A stretch of 64,000 nucleotides of DNA from a bacterium (GTDB taxonomy: Bacteria > Zixibacteria > MSB-5A5 > GN15 > FEB-12). The notes beneath the pieces are model-generated. The model had not been told where the DNA came from. It worked only from the letters and a program-made list of their open reading frames with translations, and searched no databases. The first letter of the stretch is position 1. The number at the start of each line of letters is the position of its first letter. Made by a program: the position numbers and the translations under genes. The stretch lies in contig JBDRNJ010000044.1 of the NCBI GenBank assembly GCA_043811375.1, positions 1 through 64,000 on the forward strand, given 5' to 3'. Below, one piece after another: positions 61,559 to 64,000 of the stretch.

Positions 61559-62968
61559 ATGCCGATGAACATTCTCCAGCCGGAAGCCAATCAGACAATG
61601 GCTGTATTGATAATAGACGACGGCAGCAGCAAGCGTTCTCTGTCGCTGGATACCGGCGAGAGGAAATACCGTGCCCGGGTTGCGGATTCGGTCGGGTCGG
61701 CGCTGGTTATTCTGGCACAGGAACAGTTTGAGATTGTGCTCATCGAAAACGTTCCGGATAACATATCCATCAGGGAAAGTATCGTTCGTCTCCGCCTGGT
61801 TTCCCCCTACACCGAAATTATAGTGGTCACCGATTCTGCTGACGAGCAGGCGATGGCCGACTTCATTGAAGTCGGTGCCTGCGACTGTCTGGTCAGACCT
61901 TGTCTGGCGCGGCACCTGTTGGCCAGACTGGGGTGCGCTGCCGAACGCTCCCGTATGCGACGAGAGTTGACGGCCCGTCGTGAGGAAATCGCCATGAGTT
62001 GCGCACTGGACAACCTGGTGGGGACTTCCGAGGCCATGCGCCGATTGCAGGCAACTATTAAGAGAATCGCGTCGACCGATATCCCGATATTCATCAGCGG
62101 ATCGCCGGGCACGGGCAAGAGCCTGTTAGCCAGGATCATTCACTATCACTCATATCTTCGTCGAGGACCGCTGGTAACGGTTGATTGTGCTGCCGATTAC
62201 CCGGAATTGCTGGAAATGACGTTTTTTGGCGACTCCACCATCAGCCGACAGCGACTTCCCAACGGCCAGAAACCAGCGATTGAAAAAGCCGATAACGGTA
62301 CCCTGGTTCTTGAAGCTATAGACCGGATGCCGCCCCAACTGCAGTCCCGGTTTATGGGATTTCTCCAGGACTTCAAAATCCCCGTGAGCAGGGACGGCGC
62401 GACGCGGAAAGTCGACCTTCGCACTATTGCAGTGTCGCGACTCATACCGTCTCAACTGGCCGAGCAGGGATTTAAGGAAAATCTGCTGAATCGTATGAGT
62501 GTCATGGAATTGGTGGTCCCACCCCTGGCCGATCGGACCGAAGATATCGAGCTGCTCACCGATTACTTTATACGCCGTTTCCTCGGTGACAAGCGGCCAC
62601 TGATAGTGAGCCCCGAAGCCCTGCAGAAGCTGTGCCGTTATCAATGGCCGGGGAATGTCACGGAGTTGGAAAGCACTCTCAAGAACGCTCTGGCCAGGTC
62701 CGATCAGGAGAGGCTCGAGGCAGACCATATTCTTATCGCTGGTTCCTCACTTCCTCCGGCGGTGGCGCCGGTTGTTCCTGATCGACTTCTGGAGGAGAAT
62801 CAACAAGCGGTCATAAATAAATCTCTCATCGACAACGATTGGAATTTCACTCGCACAGCTCAAGCTCTGGGAATCGGGAGAACCACTCTCTGGCGCAAAG
62901 TGAAAAAATATCAGCTCAGGCAAACGGCATCTGTAAATCCGGGAGACGATGATGCGGGAACTGGATAG
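61559..62968 (+). CDS. Atypical NtrC-like regulator (pseudo-receiver, degenerate AAA+, Fis HTH)
   Basis: GSPGTGKS, YQWPGNVTEL and ALGIGRTTLWRK are present; GAFTGA is absent and Walker B is degenerate. Confidence 0.85.
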   Translation: MPMNILQPEANQTMAVLIIDDGSSKRSLSLDTGERKYRARVADSVGSALVILAQEQFEIVLIENVPDNISIRESIVRLRLVSPYTEIIVVTDSADEQAMADFIEVGACDCLVRPCLARHLLARLGCAAERSRMRRELTARREEIAMSCALDNLVGTSEAMRRLQATIKRIASTDIPIFISGSPGTGKSLLARIIHYHSYLRRGPLVTVDCAADYPELLEMTFFGDSTISRQRLPNGQKPAIEKADNGTLVLEAIDRMPPQLQSRFMGFLQDFKIPVSRDGATRKVDLRTIAVSRLIPSQLAEQGFKENLLNRMSVMELVVPPLADRTEDIELLTDYFIRRFLGDKRPLIVSPEALQKLCRYQWPGNVTELESTLKNALARSDQERLEADHILIAGSSLPPAVAPVVPDRLLEENQQAVINKSLIDNDWNFTRTAQALGIGRTTLWRKVKKYQLRQTASVNPGDDDAGTG

Positions 62969-63494
62969 CCGGCTGCCGGCCGATGATATGGAATGCAAAT
63001 CGGTTGACAGTCAGAAATTCAACCTAAAGGAACTGGCCCGACGTGGCGAAAGTCTTTCAGTAATCTTTTTTGAACTGACCCGCTATCTTACCGAAACCTA
63101 CGCCATCGACAAAGGTGTGTTGATTCTCAGGCAGGAACAACCATGTCGGCTTTCGGCCGTTTCTACCTGGAAAGACGGGCTGGGTTGCGACGGTCTGGAA
63201 CTCAGACTGCCGTCTGATTCCTCTCTATTTGAGCAAGTGGCACAGCATGGGCAGGTGTACACTGAGCAGTTCTGTGGAGCCTTCAGCGGTAATTTCTATG
63301 AGCATCGACTGCTGCTGAATAAAGATTCCCGGTCATTCGTGGTGCAGCCTTTGAGGTCGGAGGGTTGCGTGGTCGGTCTGCTGGCATACAGTTCGGAGAA
63401 TGTTGCCGCATTCACCATGTTTGAAGAAGGCGCTCTGGACGATTTTGCCGCCGAACTCGGTTTCGTTATAGCCTCTGGCCGGATCCATCTTTGA
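62949..63494 (+). CDS. GAF-domain-like protein
   Basis: SFVVQPL...VVGLL...S...AF pattern; overlaps the regulator's 3' end. Confidence 0.65.
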   Translation: MMRELDSRLPADDMECKSVDSQKFNLKELARRGESLSVIFFELTRYLTETYAIDKGVLILRQEQPCRLSAVSTWKDGLGCDGLELRLPSDSSLFEQVAQHGQVYTEQFCGAFSGNFYEHRLLLNKDSRSFVVQPLRSEGCVVGLLAYSSENVAAFTMFEEGALDDFAAELGFVIASGRIHL

Positions 63495-63619
63495 TTTGCC
63501 CGACAAACAATACGCAGGCGCCACTGCTTTTCGTCACTTTTTCTTACACCGATTCGATAACTCATTGATCCTGACGACATTACCGGATTGGCCCGACTGT
63601 GGTTTTTGAAATTTTGGTC

Positions 63620-63648
63620 TTGCAGACGGTACGTTAGCTGACTATATT
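63620..63648 (+). promoter_or_regulatory. Putative sigma70 promoter for the ferredoxin
   Basis: TTGCAG-N17-TATATT. Confidence 0.5.
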
Positions 63649-63702
63649 GCGCCCCGAAAAAAATTGAAATAACCGACAAACCAAATATTGGAGGAAACTG
63701 TA

Positions 63703-63903
63703 ATGGCGATGTTCATAACCGACGAATGCACTGCCTGCGGTCTGTGTATTCCCGAGTGCCCCACCGAATCCATTGAGGAGGGTGACATTTACATCATCGA
63801 TCCCGAAACCTGCAACGAATGTGAAGACGAAGATGAGGGGCCGCACTGCGTAGAAGTCTGTCCCATTGATGACTGTATCATCAAGGCCGACAAACCAGAT
63901 TGA
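63703..63903 (+). CDS. 2[4Fe-4S] ferredoxin (YfhL-like)
   Basis: CTACGLCIPECP and CNEC-x8-CVEVCP; RBS GGAGG. Confidence 0.95.
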   Translation: MAMFITDECTACGLCIPECPTESIEEGDIYIIDPETCNECEDEDEGPHCVEVCPIDDCIIKADKPD

Positions 63904-63923
63904 CAATTGGGAATTCTGAAAAT

Positions 63924-63948
63924 GCCGCCTTCACCGGCGGCTTTTTTT
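63924..63948 (+). terminator. Intrinsic terminator after the ferredoxin
   Basis: GCCGCC-TTCACC-GGCGGC followed by T7. Confidence 0.85.
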
Positions 63949-64000
63949 ATGCGGTGATTTTTCTCGTGGGTCGGTTCGGTACCGTCAACTACCGGCAAGC

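Overview
Gene-dense 64 kb bacterial chromosomal segment, standard genetic code. The dockerin/cohesin proteins, FlgD-like C-terminal domain, GWxTD pair and kdsB suggest a diderm lineage such as candidate division Zixibacteria (inference). Contents: a complete IS256-family element at the window start; a decayed IS1595-family element with cargo; central carbon genes (glgP, pckA, fba); a LolA-like/ABC/porin operon; tyrS; PBP1A; OmpA; a sugar ABC transporter; a four-gene DUF6754 membrane operon; a C1A protease with dockerin; NatAB; a Na+-type pyrophosphatase; a TolC-MacAB-like exporter; two GWxTD proteins; GT-C-like glycosyltransferases; pyrG; kdsB; a degenerate sigma54 activator; and a ferredoxin. 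The strongest find is a hidden secreted DUF1573 selenoprotein candidate (52483-53244, minus). Its in-frame UGA sits in a U-G-C motif that aligns with a Cys of the adjacent paralog and is followed by a well-placed SECIS-like hairpin. Other notable items: MITEs with IS-like ends that carry REP doublets and share a core motif, an apparent 18-bp deletion in a conserved hppA helix, and several frameshifted or deleted genes. All calls come from reading the sequence by eye; no searches were run.
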